From assembly GCA_963754655.1 (NCBI GenBank), contig CAVWGN010000001.1, positions 576,001-640,000 of the forward strand: a stretch of 64,000 bases of DNA. The letters run 5' to 3'. The translations under genes and the position numbers were made by a program. Below the pieces are notes generated by a model. It saw nothing but the letters and a program-made list of their open reading frames with translations. It made no database searches and was not told the origin of the DNA. This document shows, one piece after another, positions 9,835-20,313 of this stretch. This DNA comes from an uncultured Chlamydiae bacterium (lineage in GTDB: Bacteria; Chlamydiota; Chlamydiia; Chlamydiales; Parachlamydiaceae). Each line of letters begins with the position of its first letter. Within the stretch, counting starts at the first letter, position 1.

Positions 9835-10818
9835 TCAGTTTTTGAGCTCTTCTTTTCTTTCTATATTTTGAAGTTTAAGGTTGCATTGAATCAAAGTAGA
9901 AGCTAGGAGATCTCGAATGTCTGTTTTCAAAGCAGCGTGTGCTTCGGGATTTCGACTTACAAGAGAGGACAGGGATTGATAGTGATTGAAAGCTTCTTTG
10001 GACTCAGCTTTAAATAGTCTGACAATCCCCTGAAGGGTTTCGTCATCCCATCTGCTTTTGACTTGCTCTGCCATATAAGCATCAATGGTCTTAGCCACTT
10101 TCATTAATTTTAGTTGATACAAGGGAAAGTATTTGACTTCTTCTTGAGCCAATTTTTCAGTGAATTCTTTTGCTTGTCTATCATCTTTTACTTTGGTTGC
10201 TTCTTCTAAAAAAGCGATGTCATTTTCTAAAATGCGAATCACAAGATCTGTTTCTGGAGTATGTGCTTGGATTTTGAATGTCTTAGCAATGGCTTGTTCT
10301 TCTGGTTTTTGATTTTCGCTTTGAGTAATGATAAACTCTAGATTCTGTTGATATTTATAACCGTTTAAAATGGCTTCAATACCGCATTTGCAGACATTTA
10401 AGATGGTTTTATAGGTATCATCTTGATAATTAAACCATCGAAGAAGTTTAACCAGATGCGGACGAATGTATCCGAGTTCTCCCCGTCCCTCTCCCGACCA
10501 TTTACGAGCCAAACTTTGAGAGAAAAAGCCGGGTTCAGCAATATGAAGACTACAATCTTCCTTAAAACTAATTTTAATGCTTTGGAGAGGAGGAATAGGG
10601 ATTCCCATTTGAGCTGCTCGGATCGCCTCTTCTTTATGCTGTTTGACCATTTTTAAATAAAGCAAGTGAATGATTCCCAATTTCACCGCTAAATAAAGGG
10701 GATCGCATTTGAGTTCTTCTTGTTCTTTAAAATACTTCATAACTGTTTCTTGAGGACTTAAGGGCGAAGAAGAAGATCCCCACAGGCAGGAATTGATCGA
10801 ATCCTTGACGGCATTCAT
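9835..10818 (-). CDS. Hypothetical protein (ORF extends to 10854; ATG at 10818 preferred)
   Basis: Long ORF, Ser-rich N-terminus, no recognised motif. Confidence 0.7.
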   Translation of the reverse strand: MNAVKDSINSCLWGSSSSPLSPQETVMKYFKEQEELKCDPLYLAVKLGIIHLLYLKMVKQHKEEAIRAAQMGIPIPPLQSIKISFKEDCSLHIAEPGFFSQSLARKWSGEGRGELGYIRPHLVKLLRWFNYQDDTYKTILNVCKCGIEAILNGYKYQQNLEFIITQSENQKPEEQAIAKTFKIQAHTPETDLVIRILENDIAFLEEATKVKDDRQAKEFTEKLAQEEVKYFPLYQLKLMKVAKTIDAYMAEQVKSRWDDETLQGIVRLFKAESKEAFNHYQSLSSLVSRNPEAHAALKTDIRDLLASTLIQCNLKLQNIERKEELKN

Positions 10819-10904
10819 ATAATTGACTCGTTTAATATAAAGATTGAGAGGCAAAGAAGAGGGTCTTTGGAATAGTTAATCCAAAGACCATACACTCACA
10901 TCAG

Positions 10905-11429
10905 TTATTTGTCGTTATTTTTAGCTTGTGTATTTCTATTTTTAGTTTGTGCTTGCGATCCATTTGTTTGATTTTGTGTTTGCTTTTCAGAGGTGATGTT
11001 AATTTTGCGCACTTGGCTTTGACGAGCTTTTGTAAAGGTTATTTTAAGAACTCCATTTTGAAAATCTGCTTGCTCTGAATTTTCTTCAACTTGAGTTGGA
11101 AGCTCAACTTGATAGAAAAAAGAATTGCGTGCCCGGCGATAATATTTCTTGTCTTTGTCTTCCTCTTCTTCTTGCTTTTCGCCTTTGATCCATAAAGTAT
11201 TTTGATTAAGCGAAACATCAATGTCATTAGATTTAAGTCCAGGTAAGTATGCCTCTATATAGACATTTTGATCATCTTCTGACACTGTTACACCCGTATT
11301 GCCTTCTCCCCCCATCCATTGGCCCACTCGATCTTCCATCTCTTCCCATAAACTAGGTAAAAAAGATGGAAAGCGAAAAAAAGAACGAGGAACAAGACCT
11401 CGGCCAGAATGACGTTGTTCATCAGCCAT
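10905..11429 (-). CDS. Hsp20/alpha-crystallin small heat-shock protein
   Basis: AYLPGL, LWIKGEK, ADFQNGVLKITF; AGGAGG RBS. Confidence 0.92.
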   Translation of the reverse strand: MADEQRHSGRGLVPRSFFRFPSFLPSLWEEMEDRVGQWMGGEGNTGVTVSEDDQNVYIEAYLPGLKSNDIDVSLNQNTLWIKGEKQEEEEDKDKKYYRRARNSFFYQVELPTQVEENSEQADFQNGVLKITFTKARQSQVRKINITSEKQTQNQTNGSQAQTKNRNTQAKNNDK

Positions 11430-11764
11430 ATTAACCTCCTAATACGTGGTATTTTAGAATTCGCAACTTTAAGCAAATTGTATTAAAATTTAATTTCAAT
11501 TTGCCTCTCGATCTTAATCTTATATTTACTACTCTATCCTAGGGGACCGTTTTAAATGTCTTAGGCGTTAAGTTAAGCCCATGTAAATGAATATTAGATG
11601 CCATTAGCTTGTAGCACAAAAGAGACTTAAGTTTATAAACATTATTCGTTAGTATAATAGAAAGGTATTTTAAAATAGTCAATGAATCAAAGATTGTTTT
11701 TTATGTTGCTTATAATTAGTTATTTTCAGTCAAATAGATATGAAAAACTTAATTTTGATTAGGA

Positions 11765-12820
11765 ATGGAAAATATGCAAACTCAAGATCCCTCACGTTCT
11801 GGCGCTTCTCAACCTTCTCCTGAGGTTGCACAAAAAATTAAAGAACTTATTGCTTTGACAGGAGCAGATCCGCAGTCGTCAGAGGCAGATTTAATTGGAC
11901 AAATCATTTATACAGGATTAAGAATGGCGAATGAAGATTTTGACATGGGCCAGCTCAAGCTGATGACTCGCTCTTTCAAAGAAATGCGCTATGCTTATCA
12001 TGTTTTTAATGAACACCGACTGGGGCGCTGTATCAGTATATTTGGTTCAGCACGTACGTTGGAATCGCATCCCGACTATCAAGCGGCTAAGACATTTAGT
12101 GCTGCCATTGCTGCAAAAGGATGGGTTTGCATGACAGGAGCTGCAGATGGAATTATGCGTGCGGGTTTAGAAGGAGCGTCGAAGGACGCAAGCTTTGGCC
12201 TTTCCATTCGCCTTCCCTTTGAAAACGCCAATCATACACTTTTAGCTGGCGATCCCAAGCTCATCAACTTTCGCTATTTCTTTACGCGCAAGCTGATGTT
12301 TTTGAGCCATTCTGATGCCATCGCAGCTTTTCCAGGGGGAGTGGGAACGCAAGACGAGCTTTTCGAGGCTTTGACTTTGATGCAAACGGGGAGATCAAAT
12401 ATTATTCCTCTTGTCTTAATAGAAGGAAACCATTCAAATTATTGGGAAGCTTGGGAACATTATATTCAAAATAACTTATTGGCAAATGGCTTTATCAGTG
12501 CAGAAGATCAATATCTTTATTATCGCGCCCCTGGAGTGCCAGAAGCCGTGAATCATATTTTAAACTTTTATCGACGTTACCATTCCAGCCGCTATGTAAA
12601 AGACATTTTAGTCATTCGTTTATTAACCCCTTTAACCGCTAGCCAAATCGCTTTTCTCAACGAAGAATTTAAGCCTTTAATCAAGCAAGGAAGCATTTAT
12701 GCAACATCTGCCTTGCCAGAAGAAACCGATCACCTCAACTTGCCTCGTATTGCCTTTGAGCATAACCATAAATTTTTTGGATTGTTGCGAGCCATGATTG
12801 ATCGCATCAATGCGTTATAA
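11765..12820 (+). CDS. LOG family (Rossmann-fold nucleotide-binding) protein
   Basis: SIFGSAR, TGAADGIM, FRYFFTRKLMF, PGGVGTQDE. Confidence 0.9.
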   Translation: MENMQTQDPSRSGASQPSPEVAQKIKELIALTGADPQSSEADLIGQIIYTGLRMANEDFDMGQLKLMTRSFKEMRYAYHVFNEHRLGRCISIFGSARTLESHPDYQAAKTFSAAIAAKGWVCMTGAADGIMRAGLEGASKDASFGLSIRLPFENANHTLLAGDPKLINFRYFFTRKLMFLSHSDAIAAFPGGVGTQDELFEALTLMQTGRSNIIPLVLIEGNHSNYWEAWEHYIQNNLLANGFISAEDQYLYYRAPGVPEAVNHILNFYRRYHSSRYVKDILVIRLLTPLTASQIAFLNEEFKPLIKQGSIYATSALPEETDHLNLPRIAFEHNHKFFGLLRAMIDRINAL

Positions 12821-12827
12821 TTCAATT

Positions 12828-13604
12828 TCAGGATCTACGGCTAATCTGTACTGAGACTAAGCGATGATCTGATCCATAGGGTAATTCATGATGAATACCT
12901 TCTTGAAAATCCAATCCAAGTCTCTGATTAACAGCTTTAAAGAAAATCCAATCGATTTGTCGGTGGCGATTCACTTCACTTTCTTGACTTGGAAAGACAT
13001 TCGTTTCAAAGCTTTCATTTTTTAAAATCTTAAAGCGTTCACCATCCTGTTTCTCATTGAGATCACATCCTAAGGCCACAGCATCTACCGCATAATCTTG
13101 TTGAAGATGCTTGGAAGTGAGAGAGTGAATCATTTCCTTCAACTGCTGATTGCCTACATTTAAATTTGTGGGATTGCCATCAATATGGGCTGAAGAGCAT
13201 CTCATGATATGCTGCGTCTTGACGTCTTCGACATCAATATAAAGGTCACGTCGCGGTGTTGTACTTCTGTCTGTCTTGCTGCATGTTTTGATCGCTTTAA
13301 GTTTAAATCGACTCTTGAGATAAAAGATAGCGACCCCATCTAATTTCTCAGCGCCCTGCTGTCCATCATGCTTAGTGTGAAATCCCTCATAAAGATACCC
13401 TATTCTTCCTTTTAGATCTTTAAAATGATCTTGAGAAATTTCCTGCAAGCATACGATATCGCCCGCACCGTTTAAAATATTAGTGGCAATGATTGACGCA
13501 CGAGAATTCCAATCTTTTCCCTTATTAGGTAAAAAATCAAAATCATTTTGATGGTAAGGATGTAAGACATTATAAGTAGATACTATTAAAGTTGGGTTAG
13601 CCAT
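12828..13604 (-). CDS. Endonuclease/exonuclease/phosphatase (EEP) family protein
   Basis: TYNV, DIVCLQE, CDLN, IDWIF, SDH. Confidence 0.88.
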   Translation of the reverse strand: MANPTLIVSTYNVLHPYHQNDFDFLPNKGKDWNSRASIIATNILNGAGDIVCLQEISQDHFKDLKGRIGYLYEGFHTKHDGQQGAEKLDGVAIFYLKSRFKLKAIKTCSKTDRSTTPRRDLYIDVEDVKTQHIMRCSSAHIDGNPTNLNVGNQQLKEMIHSLTSKHLQQDYAVDAVALGCDLNEKQDGERFKILKNESFETNVFPSQESEVNRHRQIDWIFFKAVNQRLGLDFQEGIHHELPYGSDHRLVSVQISRRS

Positions 13605-13766
13605 AATATTTTATTACCTTATTATTTTAATTTTTATTTCATTAAATATATTGTTATATTTATTTTATTAATATATATTAGTATAGGTGATAATTGTATA
13701 AAATTCAAATAATATTAAATATTAAATTTAATATTAATGTTATAAAATTTTGTTGTTTATCCATTC

Positions 13767-14882
13767 TCAGAAAGAATTTAAAGTTTTGCCTAGGTGATAA
13801 TAGGAAGAACCAGGTTGTTGAATTACCCCTCCGCCTAAGCAAATGGGGCCATCATAGAAGACGATTGATTGGCCCGGCGTGACAGCTCGTTGCGGCTGAG
13901 GAAATGTTACCAAAGCTTTATCTTTTTCAATTTTTTGAATGAGACAGGGTTGATCAGTTTGGCGATAACGTATTTTGGAGTGGCAAACATGAGGTAAAGC
14001 AGGAGGATTTCCTGTTACCCAACTGAGTTGTACGGCCTCAAGTTCATCACAATATAGAGCAGGATGATCTGCCCCTTGTTCGACAAATACAACTCCTCGA
14101 TTCATGTCTTTGCCTACGACAAACCAAGCCTCGCCCGCTCCTCCAATTCCCAATCCCTTGCGCTGTCCCAAAGTATAATAGGCCGCTCCTTGATGTCTTC
14201 CCACCACTTTTCCTTGTAAAGTTTCAAAGTTGCCTGGCTGCATGGCGACATATTGGCTTAAGAATGTGCGAAAATGACGCTCACCAATAAAACAAATCCC
14301 CGTACTATCTTTTTTTTCTGATGTTGCGAGATTGTGAAGACGCGCCAGCTTGCGGACCTCGCTCTTGTCTAATCCACCAACTGGAAATAAAACTTTTTGT
14401 AAAATCGAATGATTAAGAGTATATAAAAAGTAAGTTTGATCTTTTTGCCCATCGATTCCCTTCACTAAGCAAGGCTTCCCATTCATTTGTTGATTTTGGC
14501 AATAGTGCCCCGTGGCCAAGTAGTCAGCACCCAATTCTAAAGCTTTATCAAGAAAGAGCTTGAATTTGATTTCACGATTACACAAAATATCGGGATTAGG
14601 GGTCAAACCTTGTTTAAAATCTTCAATAAATTGTTCAAAAACTTGAGTGCGATACGCTTCAACGAAGTTCACAGCATAGTAAGGAATATCAATTTGCTCG
14701 CAGACCCGTTGGACATCTTGATAATCATAAGCAGACGAGCACACCCCATTTTCATCTTGCTCTTCCCAATTTTTCATAAAAAGTCCAATGACGCGATAGC
14801 CTTGCTGCTTGAGCAATAATGCTGAAACAGAAGAGTCGACACCACCCGACATGCCTACAACAACTGTTTGCTGAAAATGCAT
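13767..14882 (-). CDS. mnmA: tRNA 2-thiouridylase
   Basis: GMSGGVDSS, TPNPDILCNREIKF, ATGHY, KDQTYFL, KKDSTGICFIG, AVTPGQ. Confidence 0.98.
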   Translation of the reverse strand: MHFQQTVVVGMSGGVDSSVSALLLKQQGYRVIGLFMKNWEEQDENGVCSSAYDYQDVQRVCEQIDIPYYAVNFVEAYRTQVFEQFIEDFKQGLTPNPDILCNREIKFKLFLDKALELGADYLATGHYCQNQQMNGKPCLVKGIDGQKDQTYFLYTLNHSILQKVLFPVGGLDKSEVRKLARLHNLATSEKKDSTGICFIGERHFRTFLSQYVAMQPGNFETLQGKVVGRHQGAAYYTLGQRKGLGIGGAGEAWFVVGKDMNRGVVFVEQGADHPALYCDELEAVQLSWVTGNPPALPHVCHSKIRYRQTDQPCLIQKIEKDKALVTFPQPQRAVTPGQSIVFYDGPICLGGGVIQQPGSSYYHLGKTLNSF

Positions 14883-15334
14883 AAAAACTTCCTATTCAAA
14901 AAGAATTAAACACACTATTTTAACATTTTATTTAAAAAAATCAATGTTTAAATAACTAAACAACAAATTATTAAGCTTAAATACGGATGACTTCCAAAGC
15001 CTTTTTAAGGATAAAAATTTCCTCTTTTCAAATTTTTGTAGACTCTTAATTCCATTCTTTATATGTTCAGCAATCTAAGAATTTAGATTAAATTATCTTA
15101 TTGATATTGTTTGATTTGTGAATTTTTGAGCTAAAAGAGATAGAGCGCTACATTCCTTCATCTTAGAGCTCAATTTGGTTATAAAAAAATATAGAAGTAT
15201 ATTGAGATAAGCTATTGCTAATTTATCAAGTCGATAAAATAAATGATTTTTATTTAAATTATTTATCAACAAATATTGAAAGTACATAAACTCTTGCTTG
15301 TAGTTAAAGCTAATTTAACAAGAAGGTTGGACAA

Positions 15335-15802
15335 ATGAAATGTCCATTCTGTCAACATGAAGGGCTAAAAGTCACAGATTCTCGCGATGCGATAGAGATG
15401 AATGCGATTAAAAGGCGAAGAGAATGTCTGCAATGCTTGAGACGATTTACAACTTTTGAAACGGTAGAATTAGTTGTACAGGTTAAAAAGCGAAATGGAA
15501 CATATGAGGATTTTCAAAAGCAAAAATTAATGAATGGCATTGCAGCGGCTTGTCGTCATACACAAATTAGTTATGATCAAGTCATTGCTTTGGCTTCTCA
15601 AATTACAAATGAATTAATGAATGCGCAAATTCAAGAAATCAGCACAACTCAATTGGGTGAAATAGTCATGCAAAATTTGCAAGCTTTAGACCCAATTGCT
15701 TATATTCGTTTTGCTTGTGTCTATCGAAGATTTAAAGATTTGAGAGAATTAGAAGAGGCTATTAAAACTATTCAAAGTAAAGATGAGGCAAATTCTTGCT
15801 AA
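15335..15802 (+). CDS. nrdR: Transcriptional repressor NrdR
   Basis: MKCPFC..VTDSR..IKRRRECLQCLRRFTTFE, ATP cone, AYIRFACVYR. Confidence 0.97.
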   Translation: MKCPFCQHEGLKVTDSRDAIEMNAIKRRRECLQCLRRFTTFETVELVVQVKKRNGTYEDFQKQKLMNGIAAACRHTQISYDQVIALASQITNELMNAQIQEISTTQLGEIVMQNLQALDPIAYIRFACVYRRFKDLRELEEAIKTIQSKDEANSC

Positions 15803-15846
15803 ATCATTTGGTAAAGCAAGAGTTGCAATCAGATAAGGAGGCGAAA

Positions 15847-16212
15847 ATGGCGTTAAAAAAAGCGGAAATTGCGAAATTCAAGAAGCGTTTGGAAGACATG
15901 CAACGACAATTGACTCATTCCCTTAAAGGATCAACAGCAGAAGTCAAAACACCTGATGAAGCGACAGGGTATTCTCAACACCAAGCTGATCAGGGAACAG
16001 ATGACTTTGACCGCACAATCAGTTTAGAAGTGACGAGCAAAGAATATGGCATATTAAGACAGATTGAGCGTGCTTTGGAAAAGATGGAAGAAAATACCTA
16101 TGGCATTTGTGATATCACAGGCGAGGAAATTCCTTTAGCCCGTTTAGATGCGGTTCCTTATGCAACCATGACTGTCAAAGCACAGGAAAAATTTGAAAAA
16201 GGATTGCTTTAA
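15847..16212 (+). CDS. dksA: DksA/TraR family protein
   Basis: AAGGAGG RBS before the ATG at 15847; HQADQGTD tip, IERALEK..TYGICD..GEEIPLARL; chlamydial nrdR-dksA-lspA order. Confidence 0.9.
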   Translation: MALKKAEIAKFKKRLEDMQRQLTHSLKGSTAEVKTPDEATGYSQHQADQGTDDFDRTISLEVTSKEYGILRQIERALEKMEENTYGICDITGEEIPLARLDAVPYATMTVKAQEKFEKGLL

Positions 16213-16230
16213 GAGCGCTTGAGGGATGAT

Positions 16231-16761
16231 ATGAGTGAAAATAGTTCGACAATGGCTGCTAGAGCCAAAGTTTCCAACTCTTTGCTCTGGATTGGTCTGT
16301 TCGTGCTTTTTTTTGATCAACTCACTAAGGCACTGGTATATTATTATTTGCCGGTCATTGATTCTTCGCTGTATTGGTATCCTTATGGGGGAATAGGCGT
16401 TTTTCAGAATTTTGCCGGAATTGAATTTTCCATCAATCATATGACCAACACAGGAGCTGCTTGGGGACTTTTAGGGAACTATCAGTTACCCCTAATCATT
16501 TTAAGAATCGCATTAATTTCGGGGCTGTGCATTTATCTTTTTTATTTCAACCGCCATTCTTCCTGGCAGCTGCCCTTGATGCTCATTATTGCTGGCGCCT
16601 TGGGCAATGTGCTTGATTTCTTCATTTATGGGCATGTCGTTGATATGTTGCATTTTGTATTATGGGGATATGATTTTCCAGTCTTCAATCTTGCAGATAG
16701 TGCGATTTCAATTGGCATTGCCTCTCTTTTTTTTCTTTCTTATTTTGAATCTAAATCATGA
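16231..16761 (+). CDS. lspA: Lipoprotein signal peptidase II (ORF track starts at 16219)
   Basis: DQLTK, NTGAAWG, GALGNVLD, VVD, FPVFNLADSAI. Confidence 0.95.
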   Translation: MSENSSTMAARAKVSNSLLWIGLFVLFFDQLTKALVYYYLPVIDSSLYWYPYGGIGVFQNFAGIEFSINHMTNTGAAWGLLGNYQLPLIILRIALISGLCIYLFYFNRHSSWQLPLMLIIAGALGNVLDFFIYGHVVDMLHFVLWGYDFPVFNLADSAISIGIASLFFLSYFESKS

Positions 16762-17453
16762 CTTTTTCTATTCCTTTGCGATCGACAATAGGCTCTTCTT
16801 TGCAGGCTTCTAAATGGCAAAAATCTTCTGTGCTTATTGATGTCGATGAAATGCGAGGACTCTTAACGGCTTTGGGGCAATTCTGGATTGTTCAAATTAG
16901 CGGAGTCATGTCGATTGGCCAAGAGATCATTGCTCAAGGGGTTTTTTTAGAGGTTTATCATCACTATTTAGCTGCTCTTAAAAAGGGAGAAAATCCCGAA
17001 GACTCGCGTGTGCGTCCTTATTTTTCAGCCGTGCTGACGACTTTTCTTGAAGCTTTATATGCCGTTCAAATCAATGAAGGGAGCTGTTTAGTGAAGGTGC
17101 AGCAGCCTGTGCTTCAATTGCAAGCGCATCGCTTTGATTATTCCACTGCAGATGGAACCTTTCGCTCGATGGTGATGGGGGTGAATAGCATTCCCTGGGG
17201 TATTCAATTTTCTTATCCGCATCTCTACCAAGATGACAATTTGCAGGTGTTAACAGTAAGAGAAGGGCCTCAGTTTCCCAATACTGCTTTGTTTAAAAGA
17301 TTGCAGCAATGGGTGCGTGCCAATACCATTGTCACGCCATTTGAAGTGGAAGGAAAGAAAGTCAATGTCCCCATTCGATTGGGAAAACAATGTTTAAGTT
17401 GGATCAATACGCTTCCTCAGCTGCAAGCTAAGGGTTTGCGCGTTGCCATTTAG
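16758..17453 (+). CDS. Hypothetical protein translationally coupled to lspA
   Basis: 231-aa ORF with ATGA overlap of the lspA stop. Confidence 0.75.
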   Translation: MTFSIPLRSTIGSSLQASKWQKSSVLIDVDEMRGLLTALGQFWIVQISGVMSIGQEIIAQGVFLEVYHHYLAALKKGENPEDSRVRPYFSAVLTTFLEALYAVQINEGSCLVKVQQPVLQLQAHRFDYSTADGTFRSMVMGVNSIPWGIQFSYPHLYQDDNLQVLTVREGPQFPNTALFKRLQQWVRANTIVTPFEVEGKKVNVPIRLGKQCLSWINTLPQLQAKGLRVAI

Positions 17454-17497
17454 AAGTTACAAAAATAATAGGAGAACAAAATGTTGTGTTGTAATGA

Positions 17498-18070
17498 TCA
17501 ATGGCGTCGCATAATCTTTAATGCAAGATTCAACGCTCCTGTTCCATCATCTTCAATTTGCCCTGATGTGTAAACATAAACTTTTTTGAACTTCATCGTA
17601 AACTGATTGATTTGCCGTCTTGCCTGTTCGCTAAAGTCATCGTGGGTTCCTGGTGAGTCATTTCTTGTTAGAGTACATTCCCAATATGTTTTTAATAAAT
17701 GCTCTTGCCGCTGGTCTATATCAAGACTTCCATATCCATCACCGCCTCTTCCTTCATTAAGATCAATTGGTAGTTGACACCCAGAAATGACGCGTGATTT
17801 TTCGTTTTGATTATGTAGAATCAATGCTGGAAGACCAACCAATTTGATACCCATTCCTGCTATAGCCAGTAATCCAAAAATTGGATAAGCAAAAATGCCC
17901 ACAACTAAATGTGCAATTCGCCAAGACATAGCCTTTACCGAGTCAGAATTGTCTATGCTTTCTGTAATTTTCTTCCCAAAAAACTCTGGAACTTTTTTTA
18001 GAGGCTGGAGTAAGCAGTCTCCGCCGGGCAAATCTTGTGTAGTATAAAGATCTTTAATTATTTTTAGCAT
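17498..18070 (-). CDS. Hypothetical protein with an extended hydrophobic segment (ORF extends to 18118)
   Basis: AAGGA RBS before ATG 18070; hydrophobic IAHLVVGIFAYPIFGLLAIAGMGIKLVGLPALIL. Confidence 0.7.
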   Translation of the reverse strand: MLKIIKDLYTTQDLPGGDCLLQPLKKVPEFFGKKITESIDNSDSVKAMSWRIAHLVVGIFAYPIFGLLAIAGMGIKLVGLPALILHNQNEKSRVISGCQLPIDLNEGRGGDGYGSLDIDQRQEHLLKTYWECTLTRNDSPGTHDDFSEQARRQINQFTMKFKKVYVYTSGQIEDDGTGALNLALKIMRRH

Positions 18071-18162
18071 ATTTTTTCCTTGATTTATTGATAATAAATT
18101 TGCATATGAATATCTCATAAATATTGTTAATATGCAATAGATTATTAAATAAATGATTTTTG

Positions 18163-18747
18163 CAAAATTAATTAATTCAAGTTGAGATAAATCTTAGATC
18201 GTTCATTATAACTGAATTTTGGCATGGTTCAATTGAAGGTCGCATGTTTATGCCGTCCTTTCAGGACTCGATGTCTTTTTGATAGAACCCAGGCCTCCGC
18301 TTCGCTGCGACCTGGGCTGTAACATGACGGCCCTTCAGGCCTTAACAAGAGATGTTTAAGTCCCTCTTCTATAGTCCCTAAATCATTAATTGGCATAGTT
18401 GAATTGAAGGTCGCATGTTTATGCCGTCCTTTCAGGACTCGATGTCTTTTTGATAGAACCCAGGCCTCCGCTTCGCTGCGACCTGGGCTGTAACATGACG
18501 GCCCTTCAGGCCTTAACAAAAAGATGATTTAGGGACTATAGAAAAGGGACTTAAACATCTCTTGTTAAGGCCTGAAGGGCCGTCATGTTACAGCCCAGGT
18601 CGCAGCGAAGCGGAGGCCTGGGTTCTATCAAAAAGACATCGAGTCCTGAAAGGACGGCATAAACATACGACCTTCAATTGAACCATGCCAAAATTCAGTT
18701 ATAATGAACGCTCTAAGACTTGTCTCAACTTGAATTAATTAATTTTG
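18163..18747. repeat. Family A REP/REPIN-like palindrome, 224-bp arms, with an extra internal core copy
   Basis: 18163-18386 is the near-perfect reverse complement of 18524-18747; core GCCGTCCTTTCAGGACTC..ACCCAGGCCTCCGCTTCGCTGCGACCTGGGCT..GGCCCTTCAGGCC repeated directly with 171-bp period. Confidence 0.95.
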
Positions 18748-19017
18748 AAAAACTTCGGTAAATAATTTTTTCTGAATTGAAAGTGATCTGAAAAAATAAC
18801 AAGCATATTAAGATTATTACCCAGTGAAAGCTCTCTTGGTTGAGAAATTGTCAATGGATCAATATTAAGTTCATTAGAGAAGGTTCTGAGCGAAGAAGTG
18901 GATAATGGGCTTTGTGATTGAATCTCAGCGCGTTGCCATTAGAAGAGGTTGACAATTATAATTCCTTCAACCTAAACTGTTTTGACCTAATACAATTAAA
19001 ATTATAGGAGTAATCTC

Positions 19018-20160
19018 ATGCTTTCTTTTGTCAATCCATTAATTAATCAAAGTGATTTTATTTTTGCGCCGCCACCTGCTGGAAAGCCCGATCCGCAAGC
19101 CTATTTTGACGGAGAGACAAAACGTGAACGAGTGGTTCAAAAGGCAAAAAAAGAATCAGAGTGTTGGTATACGGTGATGAAATGGCTGCATGATCCTATT
19201 GGAAAAAATTATGCTTCTCAATTTCAAGATGATAGAGAGAACGAAAAAATTGTTAGCCATCGACGCAAAATGCTCAACAAAGCGAGTCGTTCTCTAGAAT
19301 ACATTCTTGAATTAAATTCTGCTTTAAAACAAGCTTATCAAACTGAGAAAATTGGTCTCACGATGGCCAAGAAGCTACTTCAGGAGAGCAAACTAAAACT
19401 TCCGCAAGCAGATATTCAAAAATGTCAAATGGTCCTTCGAGGGTTTGTCACGCAAACTTTAGCTTCTAGTTTTGATGAGTTTGCCATGCATAATTATTTC
19501 AAGATGTGCAATCAAGTCGAAGAAATGTTTCTATTTGGTTTTTATAAGGAAGATGCTGAATTAAACTACTCTGAATTTCAGTGTGAAAAATTTATTCAAG
19601 ATCTTTACAAAGACGCGGCTCAACTCTATACGAGAAAAAGTTGGAAAAACTTGTCATTAGATGAAAAAGCATGGTCACTTAAAAGTATGTCATTTATGAC
19701 ATGCATCAAGGCATTTGATTTGAAGCAATCGACATGGAATCCTCATAAGAAAATCACTGATTTGATGGGTGAAATCAAGCAACAGGGTCCTTTAATGGTT
19801 CAAGGGTACTTTGGAAAACCTTATTATCAAGAGGATGCTGTTATGTTACCTGAAAAGGTGGCTGAAAGGAGTATTTGGGGATGGAAGCTTAATGCTCAAA
19901 AAAAGGAAAATATGGAATATCAATTCCATCCGATCCTCATTGTAGGGGCAAGCAAACAAGAAGGGCGAGAGCGCGTTTACTTTATTGATGGTCTGGATCA
20001 ATCCGATCCTCAAAATCCTCTTGCGAGGCGCATTTATGCGATGAGCTATCGTAAACTCCAAGAAGCTGCTGCAACTCTCGAGTGTGTTAAAATAGATATC
20101 AATGATATGGCACCTAATGCAACGAATTATGCCGTGTCTGGAAAAAGTCGATATCTTTAA
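19018..20160 (+). CDS. Hypothetical protein, candidate papain-like cysteine protease
   Basis: AGGAG RBS; TTGACA-N18-TAAACT promoter at 18949-18978; Q..ECWY, QQGPLMV, HPILIVG, VYFID. Confidence 0.65.
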   Translation: MLSFVNPLINQSDFIFAPPPAGKPDPQAYFDGETKRERVVQKAKKESECWYTVMKWLHDPIGKNYASQFQDDRENEKIVSHRRKMLNKASRSLEYILELNSALKQAYQTEKIGLTMAKKLLQESKLKLPQADIQKCQMVLRGFVTQTLASSFDEFAMHNYFKMCNQVEEMFLFGFYKEDAELNYSEFQCEKFIQDLYKDAAQLYTRKSWKNLSLDEKAWSLKSMSFMTCIKAFDLKQSTWNPHKKITDLMGEIKQQGPLMVQGYFGKPYYQEDAVMLPEKVAERSIWGWKLNAQKKENMEYQFHPILIVGASKQEGRERVYFIDGLDQSDPQNPLARRIYAMSYRKLQEAAATLECVKIDINDMAPNATNYAVSGKSRYL

Positions 20161-20313
20161 AACACAAAAATAAACCGAACTCTTCCCATCCTGTCGCTTG
20201 CGATCCTACCTCTTCTATTTACATTTGAGAAAAATAAGAGAGTAGAATCACAAGTGGCAGGTAGGAAGCTTAGCTTGAGCGCATCTCTTGCTTAACATAG
20301 ATGCGCTGATTGC

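Noticed and set aside
11430..11760. CIRCE element upstream of hsp20
   Set aside because: No TTAGCACTC-N9-GAGTGCTAA match found by eye.
18229..18519. 96-aa ORF with an internal duplication (also the ORFs at 26684, 55234, 55383, 56456, 56466, 58955, 58979)
   Set aside because: They lie within non-coding palindromic repeats and are translations of repeat sequence.
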